Assembly: GCA_032718475.1 (NCBI GenBank)
Contig: JAUCBJ010004174.1
Coordinates: 1-64,000 of the forward strand
Length of the DNA stretch: 64,000 bases
Direction of reading: 5' to 3'
Source: Nemertoderma westbladi
Taxonomy: Eukaryota; Animalia; Xenacoelomorpha
Both the position numbers and the translations under genes were made by a program. Under the pieces are notes generated by a model. That model was not told the origin of the DNA. It saw nothing but the letters and a program-made list of their open reading frames with translations, and made no database searches. Below, in pieces: positions 12,030 through 24,678 of the stretch (its first letter is position 1; each line of letters begins with the position of its first letter).

Positions 12030-15000
12030 TCAGTCTCTTTCCAATAAACATAAACGACCAACCGGGCGATTAAGTTGTTGAGTTTCAAAAACGATTCCAG
12101 GTTTCTTGTAGTTACGTCGCATGACTACGAGTTCCACAGATCTTACTAAACCATCATCGGATATATGAGTCTCGATGATACGAACTGTCTGCCACCTCTT
12201 ACGGGAAAGATCTGATTCCACAATGAGGACCATGTCTCCAGCGCTGACATTTTCTTGCTGCACAAACCACTTTTTTCGAAGTTGTAGCGTAGGAAGATAA
12301 TATTTTTCGAAATGGTCAGCAAAACGACTGTATAATAACTGCATAAGTTGCCAAGTTTGTCGGCAGTATTCGTCTCCATCCGTTATTTCCGACTGCGGGA
12401 GCATGGCTACAGGTTTTTTAGTAGGAAATGCACGGGTGTTAGCGCTTCTAGGGAGTCTGGACTCGATGAGACTGGCATAAGCGGTCTCTTGTTGAGATAG
12501 GCGGCTATTTCCTCCATTAATGTCCGCAAAAGTTTGTCGGTGAGATACGTGCGGCACGGCACTACAAAGTTAAATGTGGTCTTCACGCTACATATGAGTC
12601 TCTCCCAACTTCCTCCCCACCAAGGGGCGTCGGCGGCGTTGAAGGTCCAGCTAGATGCTGTTACTCTCAGCTTTAATCTCGTTGTTGGTGCCAATGAAAT
12701 TAGTACCTTTGTCGGATCTCATAGTGTTGCTAGTCCCAAAACGAGAGATTTGTTGGCGTAAACTCAGTATGAAGCTGTTGGTAGATAGATCATTAACCAT
12801 ATCAAGATGGATCGCTCTACAAGTCATACAAACAAAGATGACGCCCCATCGCTTGACTATAGTCCTAGCGCGATACACTTCAATAGGGCCAAATAAATCC
12901 ACACCAGTATTGGTAAAGGGTGGTTCATAACAGCTTACTCTTTCCCTAGGTAATTCTGCCTCTCGCTGTGTTAAAGGCCTACTAAATGCTTTCCTACATG
13001 GTATACAGTTCCTAAGAACTTGGTTTAGAGCTCTACGGGGCTTATGGAAATAATAGCGAGTTCGAATTTCGCTAAGAACTCGTTCTCTACCAGTGTGGTA
13101 AAGCTTACTGTGAACATCTACAATCATCTTGATTTGTATTTCAAGATTTCTAATTAGTATGGGAAACTTAGTGCCAAAGGACAATGGAGCATTGGTTTAT
13201 CTCCCTCCGACACATATTAGCCCATCTATCATTGTGCTAGAAAAAGAATCTCTTAAGCGCATCTGTGGATTTCTCAACAACAGGAAATACCTTTCGGAAT
13301 TCTCGTAACATTGCAGGAGTCTCAGTATCTGCTTATTGGTATCATCATGTTCTTGGTAACTGATCTTCTCAGTTAGAAACTTATTAGGTAGCCGATAAGT
13401 GGAAAGATCTTTGGTAGCATGGACCCTTTCAGCTACTTCCGAAGTGGCGTCATTAGCGATCGTCGTCCTAGAATAGTGATGATGGAACTTTGAATGAAAA
13501 ACTAATGAAACTTTAATTCCATCGGGAGTTTCAACCCTAAGGTAGGCTACTATACCTATTCCGATATCGCTGGCATCTCCAAAAACATGGAGTTGATAGG
13601 AATATGTGGGGAGAACGTGGCCGAAATATGAGCGGGAAATCTTAAAGTTCTCGATGGCTGGTAAAGAATCCCCCCACTTCATCCACTTATTTAGCAGTTC
13701 TCCCTGGAGTGGATCATCCCAAGAGTGGTTTTCGAGCCACATTTGTTGCACCAGACTCCAAGCAACTAGGATTACAGGACTAATGAATCCTAATGGGTCG
13801 AATTAAGTGCTCAGAATACTCAGGCAAATCCGTTTAGTTCGAACGGGGTTTTCACGTTGTTTCAGTTGGAAAAATAAAATGTCTCTCTCTGTGTCCCATT
13901 TCAGTCCAAGGGTTTTAGTTTTGGGGAAATTGTCCTTAATGAGGTCCAGATCTTTAACACCTCGGTCTTCCACTGGGATCGATTCCAGGAACTCATGGGA
14001 GTTACTAGTGAATTTGGTTAGGCGAAATCCACCTCGTTGTAAGCACTCTACCGTTCCCTTGGCAACATCAATTGCTTCTTCCACCAATGGGAGGGACTTT
14101 AGGTTGTCATCCATGTAAATATCTCGTTTGATGTTGTCGATAACTGCTTTAGAGAAGGCGTCTCTATTATCGTCGGCAGTGGTGCGTACTACCGAACAAG
14201 CGTTTGAGGGGCTAGATATGATCCCGAAAGCCTGGATGGTCATCCAGTACTCCACCAGTTCTCGGTTGAGGTTTCCTTCAGGCCACCACAGAAATCGTAG
14301 GCTATCTCGATCCCTAGGTAATGCTTTAACTTGTAGAAACATGCCTTCAATGTCGGAGGCAAAGGCGATAGAATATTGCAGGAGTCATAATAAGATTCCC
14401 AATAAAGTTTGGATTAAGTTAGGTCCCAGCAACAGTTCAGAATTTAGGGATTGTCCCATATAAAGAGCGGAACCGTCGAATACTACCCGGACTTCGTTTG
14501 GTTCACCGGATTTAGGAACGTAATGATGGGTCAAGTAATACGTTCTTTCTGTTATGGGTGTTTTAGCCGGAACTCGCTCCGCGTATCCTTTATCTATAAA
14601 TTTCTTTAATTGCGTCTTATACATCTCTTTGGCTTGATCGTTAGATGATAAGCGCCGATGCAGTTGTTCGATTCTTTTGACGGCTAAAGGTCAGTTATTA
14701 ATAAAGCTGGGTTCTCTCCGCCTAAAAGGCAGACCAATCTCCTTTATATAACGAGTAGTCGTTACCTGGATTTGTTTAGCCCTCTCTTCCTCGACTGATA
14801 ACGCTTTATCGTAGGAATTAGGCTCAACAGCTTCCTGGTTAAAGAATCGCACTGCGTGTTCATCACGTAACTTATTGTTATATCGCTCTACTACCTCATT
14901 AAGTTCGTCATCGCCATAAGTCGATAGTTCGTTATTTTGACATATAAGATTACACAAATTTAATTGATTGGTCCAAGTTTGATTTTCTGTGAGGAGTTCG

Positions 15001-15600
15001 ATGGTGTTATCCTCATCGTATAGGGTCTGGATATCATCGTTGTCTGAGGAGCATGAAGTTCCCTCAGCTATGATGTCCTCGTCTTTCACGGTTTCCACAC
15101 ACTCTCTTACCTGATGGACTTGCTCATTTTCTAACCTTTCTTTCAAAGTCCTGTGAAATACCAATCTACCCTAGTTCTTCCCGTATAAGTTTGCAATGGT
15201 AGCGGTCGAGCAGGCCGTTTCTCAATGGTTTCTAGTGCTTCGTGCGCATTCTGACCGAACAGTATTTGTACCCCTGGGTAATCTGAAATAAATCTGGGGT
15301 CGTTGTATTGCTGGGCAAAGTTGTCCTCGTCCCAGTTATAAGGCTCTACTTGACTAGCAGCAAAGTTCTTTATTGCCACCATTTTAACTGACCTTACAAT
15401 GATCCTATGTAGAAATCCGTGGATACAGTAGATTTCCATACCTGCATAATCCCGGAAAGATTCAGTTTGGTTTGGAATCTTTGTTGACCAGCGAATATAT
15501 CTTCGGCCAGATCTTTATCGATGAAGGTGCCTGACTACCTGAATCAAGGAGGGCATTGACAATAATATTATAATATTGTCCATGTACTCTAAACTGCACC
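12030..15600 (-). pseudogene. pol: BEL/Pao pol (aspartic protease, RT, RNase H, integrase, C-terminal DUF5641-like region) with stops and frameshifts
   Basis: VNALLDSGSQ (~15531-15560); VRVVFDGSA, GQSLNSELLLGPNL, LRFLWW, AFG, IYMDD; LHVFGDAS; H-x4-H...CIPC, GVDLFGP, RSDKGTNF, PWWGGSWERLI; YLPTLQLRKKW...RPVGRLCLL. Confidence 0.95.
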
Positions 15601-15845
15601 ACTGGGAACTCTCTGATGCCGACAGATGGTTACGAAACCTTCTATGAGGGCTGTTGATCCGGAAGGGGTAGTTGGGATTCCTCTCCATCAGTCGCCGCCT
15701 CATAAGTAAGGGCTCGATATACGATATTGTATTGATCATATAACAGGATTCCTTTTCATCAGAAAACTCATCCGTATAGAATCCTTCCATCTCCGAACTC
15801 TGGTCCGTGTTGTTCACATCACTGAACTGTACATGCAGCTCTGGT

Positions 15846-18800
15846 TCACTTACCATCGAACTTGGTGTGCAGTAGGATATGATGTTTCGCTCCACACTTA
15901 GCACACCTCACGTCTGAGTAACAGGTTTTTCTTTCATGTCCTCTCCTGAGGCAATTGTTACATAACCTTTTATCCCAAGTTACACTATGTCTATCCTTTA
16001 ATTCTTTCCTTAAGAATTCCTCACACCCACTCAAGCGATGGGGCCCTTCGCACAATACACACTTAGGTTTGATGTTACTTACCTTAACTTGCATGGTGTT
16101 TTGTACGCTAACTCTTTCTTCGGGCTTCCTACCAGGAATTCTCTTGGGAGACGTAGGAGGAGTTCTGAGTTGTTCTCCCTTGCTACTAGTTCGAAACTTG
16201 GGTTTACTTATGTCCTTACCTTTACTCGTATAATAAGTTCTTTCGGTGTCTTTGCCACTATCTTCGTCATAAGACGTTTGACTCTCATAATCTGTATAAC
16301 ACACTGGTGTTATCTTTCTCCTAGTAACAGGTTTTTCGCTTACCTTGGTTTCCGGAGTCTTATCTTTAGACTGTTTTATTAGCTGTAATCTTACCTCTCC
16401 ATTTAAGAATGACATAAGGTCCGCCATGGTTGGATCTCTCTGATGTTGGTCCATCAAGTATAGAACCTTTTTGTCCCAACGAGTACCTACTCCACCCTTT
16501 GGCAAAGTTGACGCTACGGCTCCTACAACCATAGAACTTTGGTATTCATGAGACTTACCCAACCAGTCTAGCTGTCTACAGATCTCCTGAATCTCATCGG
16601 AAAACTCTATAATCCCGTTGCTAGGAAACTTCCTGGGCGCTACTAATTTCGCATACAGATATCTAGCTATGTTAGTCCTATTACCATACCTGATGTTAAG
16701 GGTATCCCAGACTTGTCTTAATCCGCCAGGATGTCCAATAAACTTTAACGCCATTAACTTGGGAGGACCCTCCAAGCACTCGATGAGGAATCGTAGTTTC
16801 TCTCCGTTGGATAGTACAAAGTTTTGTATGTTATCTTTGTAATATTCATTAAAAGGTAACCATTTCATCTCATCTTCATTAAACTTGACGACCTCACCCA
16901 CCTTTACAGCTTGACGAGCTTCCGTCCTAGCCATCTGACGCGTGAAACTCTCTTGAGCCATCGTACTATTTAATATCGAATTATCGGTATATAAATTTCT
17001 CGGATTATTATCAGATCGGTATGGGATATCATTATCAACAGCTTTATTAATATTATTAATAGGGTTTACTATAGGAGTTTCTACCTCACTAGCAGTATAG
17101 ATGCGTGTAGGCTCCACACCTTGCGCATGAGTTACTTCAGGCCTAAAGGGCTGACACACTGTTACAGGGGGTGGTGGTATACCCATTTGTATATTGACTA
17201 ATTTATCTCGTTCAAGACTGATGTGTTGCTGCACTTCTTGCAACTCTATTTTACTGTCTCGTACTGTTCCCTTTAATAATTGAACAGTTCCTTCTAAATC
17301 TCGGACTTGTTCAGTAGATTTAGCCTTTGTTTGGGCTAACTGTCCGAGTAATTCTTTTAACTCCTGCCGCCCTTCCTCCATCCACTCACCGCGGGTGCGG
17401 GAGCCGCCAACATAGTAGCTGGATGGCACATCGGGGCTACAGGGGATATTCCCTTGAGGAACAGATTTTTCTCAGTATTAATACCAGTCTGAGACTCGGT
17501 AATTTGTCTACTGGCCAAGGGAAGTTTGGTACTGTGTAAAGGGAATTCAGAGTTGTGTTCAGGCAGCAAAAGTGTCTCCATTAAAGGAGTAGTTTTGATA
17601 GCAGGCCTAATTATTTCTGGCTCATCTACTATAGTAGGGAGTCTATCTGCTCATACTACTTGAGTTATTTACTCTCTATCTCTTAAGTTTACATTAGCTA
17701 ATTCCCTTCTCACTGGGGGGGGGGGGGGGTAAGTTAGGTAACTTATGTCCTTTGGGCGCTTTTCTACGTCCGTTAGAATGGGATTTGTTACTTCTACACT
17801 CGGAATCAGTGGTAGTACCTTCGTCTGAGGAGGTAAATCCATGTCTTCGAGAGGTAGATCGAATTAGGAGTTGCATCTGAGTCGCCCCCCTTTGTTTACT
17901 TAAGAAATATTGTCTCGCCTAAATGCTCTCTAACTCTAATTGTGCCTTTGCTTCATCTGCTCTCCTTTCAGCTTCTACTGTGGCATCTTTAAGTTCTACT
18001 TCTGCCTCTGTCGCTGCAGCTTTTAGTTCTGCTTCAGCGGCTGCAGTTCTTTTCCTATCTTCTATTAATCCTTTCTTTATTTGTTCCTCTTTGTCCAACA
18101 CGATAATAATGTCTTCATCTATCTTAGCTTGCTCCGCCACTATAATTTGGGCATCCAATGAGTCTAAAATGAAGTTGGCTGCCTCACTGTTGGGGTGAAG
18201 TCCGGCTAGACGTCTCCTCAGCTCTTTATCACCTATAGCATCCTTCCTTTGAGGTTTTTCGGATACCGCCTCGCTTTCCCCATGGGAGAAGATTGCATCT
18301 GTTGATTCTCCGTAGGCTAGTTGTTCTGCTAACTGAGCCTTCCATTGGGTTGTACCCAGGACCTTAACATTCATTCGCTGGAACCATGTCTTTACTGCCA
18401 CCTGCAGTGATGTATCTTGACTTCTCTTCGAGGCCTCTTCAAACGCTGACAGGATTAATCTGATCATCAATATTCGTTGTCTCACTTGGTATAGCAGTTC
18501 TCCCTGCTCTGGAGGTTCCAGTTGTCCTCGGAATAGCTGTGTTTCCATTCATCCCAGGGTGTTGAAGAATCCTTGGACATATCCGGCTGCTGATCTCTTC
18601 CATACAGCGGGAACTCTGGTATCTCTAACTACGCCCATCTGATGCAGGTCTTCCCAGGCAGCTTCAGATAAGTTAAAAGGGAGTCCGGGTCCGGGAAAGT
18701 TCCATTGAGTTTCCACAATAGACTTTAATTCCTCGAGCGGGTATCCGGCGTAACTATCTCTGGTTGACTGCTTATTTCTCGTCCAGTCCACTTGATGTTC

Positions 18801-19193
18801 TTCTATGGCTAGAAGAACTCGAGTGAGCACTGCCCCAGGAAGAATCAGGAGTGGGTCAGGGTAAACCACTTCTTCCATCTTTGATCCGATCTCGGGCATT
18901 AACACTTCTGTGCTGGAACCAGAGTTACTGAGTGGTGGAGAAATAACCTCTCGGTCAGAGCACTGCTGCTGTTCTACAGCCGTCGCTTGGTCTCGGTTAA
19001 CTTGAGCCCTAGTGCCTATAATAGACCTATGGTGCTTCACTAACCTAGGGTCCGATACAACTACTGTAGGGATGGCCTTTCTTACAGTAGGAGGGGACTT
19101 AGACCTCGATTCGGGCCTTTCTACACTTTGATCTGGGTCACAGCTCGTCTGTTCCAAGAGACTATCGGACATTGTTTGTTTTGGGTCAGACAT
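15846..19193 (-). pseudogene. gag: BEL/Pao gag with long N-terminal extension, interrupted
   Basis: CVLCEGPHRLSGC, CNNCLRRGHERKTC, CAKCGAKHHILLH, and a DUF1759-like core (WLPFNEYY...EKLRFLIECLEG...LNIRYG). ORFs starting at 19193, 18548 and 17876 are one frame broken by single stops. Confidence 0.9.
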
Positions 19194-20184
19194 AATTTAT
19201 TTACAGTTGAATGCCTATCACGATAATAACAGTTAAAGTAAAGTCTAGGGCAAATCCGTATCAACTGTCAGTCTCGTAGTTACCAAATATTGTTACTCAA
19301 TGTAACGTGGGTATATATCGAGTGTTAGAATACCGGTATACACCTATAGTATATATAACAGTATTACTACAGACTAGGATCAATCACTGAATACCGGTAT
19401 ATAAGTTTAGCCTAAGTTATATAAATATATAATAAGCTTACTGTAAACACCGATATTATCAATAATTAAATAATAACTGATTATCCGATTTTAGGAATTA
19501 TTTCCCTTTTCTCTATTACTGATATTAAGTAATAGGTTCAACTGATATTAAGACCTAATTGATGTATAACAGGCCTACTAATTTATAAATCTGATTGAGT
19601 TAAATTTATAAATATATATACCCGTAATGGGTTTTGTCAATTATTGAAATAAATGTTATTATTTCTGAGTAAGAAGTCACTACACAGAGGTTGGACGCTC
19701 TCAGTGGAGTGCTACTTATTAGACACTAAATACTGATAGTTCTACTTAACTAAGTTACTTATCACTACAAATTACTTACGTATAACAGGTTGAGATTACA
19801 CAATCTCTAAGTAAACAATAAACAAAGTTACACATACAATTTTTAGGGTAATTTTACAAGAATTTCACGAACCAGACTAACAAGAATTTAGAATTTCTGG
19901 TTCTTACAGACTGACATGGAATTTACGGAAATTTGAAACCAATAAAGTAGTATTCAATTACGTCGTGTTGTCCAGATAAGGAAATGCCACCGTCTGACGG
20001 CTTATAGTCTACACTATAAACCAATGTACCCAGAGTGTCCTATACCTAGAGATTAATTATCGAAGCCTAAAGCTAACGGACCTATTAACCACGTTACAAC
20101 ACAAAAATGCTGTGTACACACTAAATTAACTTTGAGGAAAGCGCTGTACTATAAACCCTAGATTAGATACTAGCACTTATATTG

Positions 20185-20812
20185 CAACTCACGTACGTTG
20201 GGATTATGAAATAGCATTTATTTCACACAAAAACCACTATAAATTGAGCCACAATTGCTACTGATACACCCTTCTGCTTACCTCAGTAATTAAGAAAGTG
20301 AAGGGGGATTTTACGATTATCCATCAGTATTCTCCAAATATAACATCCATTAATATAAACAGCAATTAACAATAATATAAAACAGTATATTAGAAAACAG
20401 TGCGGTGAAATCAGTCAGTATGTATGTAATGCAGTGAAATACGTTGGTATGTATGAGTTACGATGTTTCGATGTTAATAGACTTGCGTTCTTATGACTCT
20501 AAGCCTCCGATGTTAGGGCGAAAGTCTGAAAGTCAGAATGTCCGAATGAATCCTGAATGAAGTATGAATTCTCGGAAAACTGCCGCATTGCGTCATCTCC
20601 CGTAGGCCGCTGTCAACAGAGAAAGGGAGATCGCTCTGAATGGCTAAATCTATGTCAACAAAGGCCGATTCCTCACACAAAGGAACAGCTGGTAGATTTC
20701 GTCATTCCAACTCTGGGTTTTTGACAGACACGTAGTTGTACAATTCTAAGCCCTGTTAGAGTATTTAGCGCATTGCGCAAAATGACTTATTTTGTCCGCA
20801 AAAGCTTTTACA
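20185..20812 (-). repeat. 5' LTR, partial (628 bp; lacks the counterpart of 4938-5355)
   Basis: About 96% identical to 5356-5985; homology stops abruptly at 20185. Confidence 0.9.
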
Positions 20813-23330
20813 CTAGGGGTGGGCCCAGACAGACTAGGGGTGGTCCAAACATGCCAGGTGTGGTCCCAGACTGACTAGGGGTGGACACAGACAGACTAGG
20901 GGTGGACCCAGAGAGACTGAGGTGGTCCCAAACAGACAAGGTCCACCAGGGGTGGACCCAGACAGAATATGAGTGGTCCCAAACAGACTAGGAGTGGACC
21001 CAGATAGAATATTGGTGGTGCCAAACAGAACAAAGCATATGGTCCCAAAGATACTAGGGGTGGTTCCAGACAGACTAGAGGTGGGCCCAAACAGACTAGG
21101 GGTGGTCCAAACATGCCAGGGGTGGTCCAAACATGCCAGGGGTGGTCGCAGACTGACTAGGGGTGGACACAGACAGACTAGGGTTGGACACAGACAGACT
21201 AGGGGTGGACCCAGACAGACTGCGGTGGTCCCAAACAGACAACGGCCACTACGGGTGGACCCAGACAGAATAAGAGTGGTCCCAAACAGACTAGGTGTGG
21301 ACCCAGATAGAATATTGGTGGTGCCAAACAGATTACATGCATATGGTCCCAGAGATACTAGAAGTGGTCCCAGGCAGACTAGGGGTGGTTACATACAGAC
21401 AGGACTCGTCACAGACAGACAAGGGGTGATCACAGACAGTCTAGGGGTGGTCCAAACATGCCAGGGGTGGTCCCAGACTGACTAGGGGTGGTCCAAACAG
21501 ACTAGGGTTGACCTCTGACAGACTAGGGGTGGTCCAAACAGACTAGGGTTGGTCTCTGGCAGACTAGGGGTGGTTACATACAGACTAGGGTTGGTCTCTG
21601 ACAGACTAGGGGTGGTTACATACAGACTAGGGTAGGTCACGGACAGACAAGGGGTGATAACAGATATACTAGAGGTGGTCCCTGGCAGAATAGGGGTGGT
21701 CCCTGACAGACTAGGGGAGGGCCCAAACAGACTAGGGTTGGTCTCTGAAAGACCAGGGGTGGTTACATACATACTATAGGGTTCGTCATGGACAGACAAG
21801 GGGTGATCACAGACAGAATAGGGGTGGTTACATACAGACTATAGGGTTAGTCATGGACAGACAAGGGGTGATCACAGACAGACTAGGGGTGGTTACATAC
21901 AGACTATAGGGTTCGTCATGGACAGACAAGGGGTGATCACAGACAGACTAGGGGTGGTTACATACAGACTATAGGGTTCGTCATGGACAGACAAGGGGTG
22001 ATCACAGACAGACTAGGGGTGGTTACATACAGACTATAGGGTTCGTCATGGACAGACAAGGGGTGATCACAGACAGACTAGGGGTGGTTACATACAGACT
22101 ATAGGGTTCGTCATGGACAGACAAGGGGTGATCACAGACAGACTAGGGGTGGTTACATGCAGACTATAGGGTTCGTCATGTACAGACAAGGGGTGATCAC
22201 AGACAGACTAGGGGTGGTTACATACAGACTATAGGGTTCGTCATGGACAGACAAGGGGTGATCACAGACAGACTAGGGGTGGTTACATACAGACTATAGG
22301 GTTCGTCATGGACAGACAAGGGGTGATCACAGACAGACTAGGGGTGGTTACATACAGACTATAGGGTTAGTCATGGACAGACAAGGGATGATCACAGACA
22401 GACTAGGGGTGGTTACATACAGACTATAGGGTTCGTCATGGACAGACAAGGGGTGATCACAGACAGACTAGGGGTGGTTACATACAGACTATAGGGTTCG
22501 TCATGGACAGACAAGGGGTGATCACAGACAGACTAGGGGTGGTTACATACAGACTATAGGGTTCGTCATGGACAGACAAGGGGTGATCACAGACAGACTA
22601 GGGTAGGTCACGGACAGACAAGGGGTGATCACAGACAGACTAGGGTAGGTCACGGACAGACAAGGGGTGATCACAGACAGACTAGGGTAGGTCACGGACA
22701 GACAAGGGGTGATCATAGACAGACTAGGGTAGGTCACGGACAGACAAGGGGTGATCACAGACAGACAAGGGGTGATCACAGACAGACTAGGGTAGGTCAC
22801 GGACAGACAAGGGGTGATCACAGACAGACAAGGGGTGATCACAGACAGACTAGGGTAGGTCACGGACAGACAAGGGGTGATCACAGACAGACAAGGGGTG
22901 ATCACAGACAGACTAGGGTAGGTCACGGACAGACAAGGGATGATCAGACAGACTAGGGTGGTCACGGACAGACAAGGGGTGATCACAGACAGACTAGGGT
23001 AGGTCACGGACAGACAAGGGGTGGTCACAGACAGTCTAGGGTAGGTCACGGACAAACAAGGGGTGATCACAGACAGACTAGGGTAGGTCACGGACAGACA
23101 AGGGATGATCAGACAGACTAGGGTGGTCACGGACAGACAAGGGGTGATCACAGACAGACTAGGGTAGGTCACGGACAGACAAGGGGTGATCACAGACAGT
23201 CTAGGGTAGGTCACGGACAAACAAGGGGTGATCACAGACAGACTAGGGTAGGTCACGGACAGACAAGGGGTGATCGCAGATATACTAGAGGTGGTCGCAG
23301 ACAAACTTGCAGTGGTCCCATAGATAGACT
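20813..23330. repeat. ~21-bp GC-rich minisatellite, right part, with 65-bp and 42-bp higher-order sub-arrays
   Basis: Mixed monomers to ~21770, a 65-bp unit (about 12 copies) to ~22590, then a 42-bp dimer to ~23280. Confidence 0.95.
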
Positions 23331-23583
23331 ATCCCTAACAATGGGTAATTGGCGTTGAATTGGTTATTATTAATTAAATGTAATGTAATTGTGACAAATA
23401 ATTTGGGGGGGAAATGGGGAGTTTTGGGTGGGTAAGATGTTACAGAGGCATATTAAGAGACACAGAGTTCAATTATTTAATTTGATGAATGATTTCGTTA
23501 TAAGAATTATTATTAATATTTACATAATAACTTATTGACCAAATTATAATTAAATACTTATTATTAGACTAAATATACCGGTA

Positions 23584-23665
23584 GTACCGATCGGAGTACC
23601 GGTTGGCGTACCGGTTGGCGTTCCGGTTGGCGTACCGGTCGGAGTACCGGTCGGAGTACCGGTCG
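23584..23665. repeat. 12-bp GC-rich tandem repeat, about 7 copies
   Basis: gtaccggttggc / gtaccggtcgga units. Confidence 0.85.
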
Positions 23666-24451
23666 AAATGAACTACTGTTGCAGAATCCCGCCACTTTTA
23701 TCTTTCACAAAAAAATAATTTAAATCTCAAAAGTTTTGATGTCCAAAAATACACGACTGCTTTAGTTTCTTTGTATTTTTTGTAAATGTGGCAAAAAGAA
23801 TTGATTGAATGAATAGATTGAATAAAATGTATAAAATGTATATAACGTATAGATTTATCAAATATAAATGATGATACTATTAAACTAAACAACTATTTGT
23901 AAATGAAAAACACGTGAAGGTTGAACAATAATTATTGTAACTAACTAACAGGAAATAGAGTAATACAGAGTTTCTGTACCGTTATTATTATTTCCACTCA
24001 CGGACAGCAGAATCCTGACCAATTATGGAAGCAACTTGTAAATATTGTTCGGGACTAACCATGGCCTACTACATGTACAGTAGGACCATGGCCATGGGAC
24101 TAACTAAACAAAATAATTCCAATTGTGTACTGATGGCAGTGAAATAAATATAAAGGTTTACTAATTCATGAATGGGAAATGGAATTAATAGCAACCGTAA
24201 TTGACTCTTACGTATATAGAGAACGATTGTACAGGCAATGGGTCTATTTAAACTATATACATAAAATTAGGAAATTGACATTAGGAAATCAAAATTTAAT
24301 ATAAAAAATAAGTTTATGGATGGACCCCTTATAAAAGAGAAAAACGTCATGAAATAATTTTAGAAATTGAAAAATCCAAAAAAAAACAGTAAAAATGCAG
24401 GAAGTATTGAGTTTATAGAGCGAGTAGTTGTCGATCTTCGGATGTATCATA

Positions 24452-24678
24452 TCAGTGGTCCCTAAACAACAAGGAGTCGCTGATATCTATAGTATCTTGT
24501 CGAGACAGTCGTTTTTTACCGGCCTTGCCTCCATGATGTGGCGTCGAACCCAGTTCCTTCCCAATGAAGGTGGTCCCTAGACCGATAGAATCTTGACGGC
24601 TCAACTTACGACTTCTCGACTTAGATTTGGTTATCTTAGTGGACGGGTCTATTGACACTCTCCGGACCTTTCCGCCAT
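24452..24678 (-). CDS. Terminal coding exon of the low-complexity Ser/Arg/Lys/Asp-rich protein gene
   Basis: Acceptor tttctgtag at 24679, phase 1 (G+AT gives Asp), ...KLSRQDS...RLSRQDT...RDH-stop. Confidence 0.75.

Larger units (their letters stand above)
4938..20812 (-). mobile_element. BEL/Pao (Belpaoviridae) LTR retrotransposon, 15.9 kb, degenerate, with an extra 3' ORF region
   Basis: TG...CA termini, 5-bp TSD CTAGG at 4933-4937 and 20813-20817, LTR direct repeats, and domain order gag-PR-RT-RH-IN with the BEL-type triple zinc finger. Confidence 0.95.

Noticed and set aside
19265-19300. Candidate primer-binding site TGGTAACTACGAG
   Set aside because: Not adjacent to an LTR end, and I cannot match it to a tRNA 3' end.
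20834-23304. Cys/Pro/Thr-rich ORFs (also 4441-4906)
   Set aside because: Translations of the 21-bp minisatellite in several frames and on both strands.
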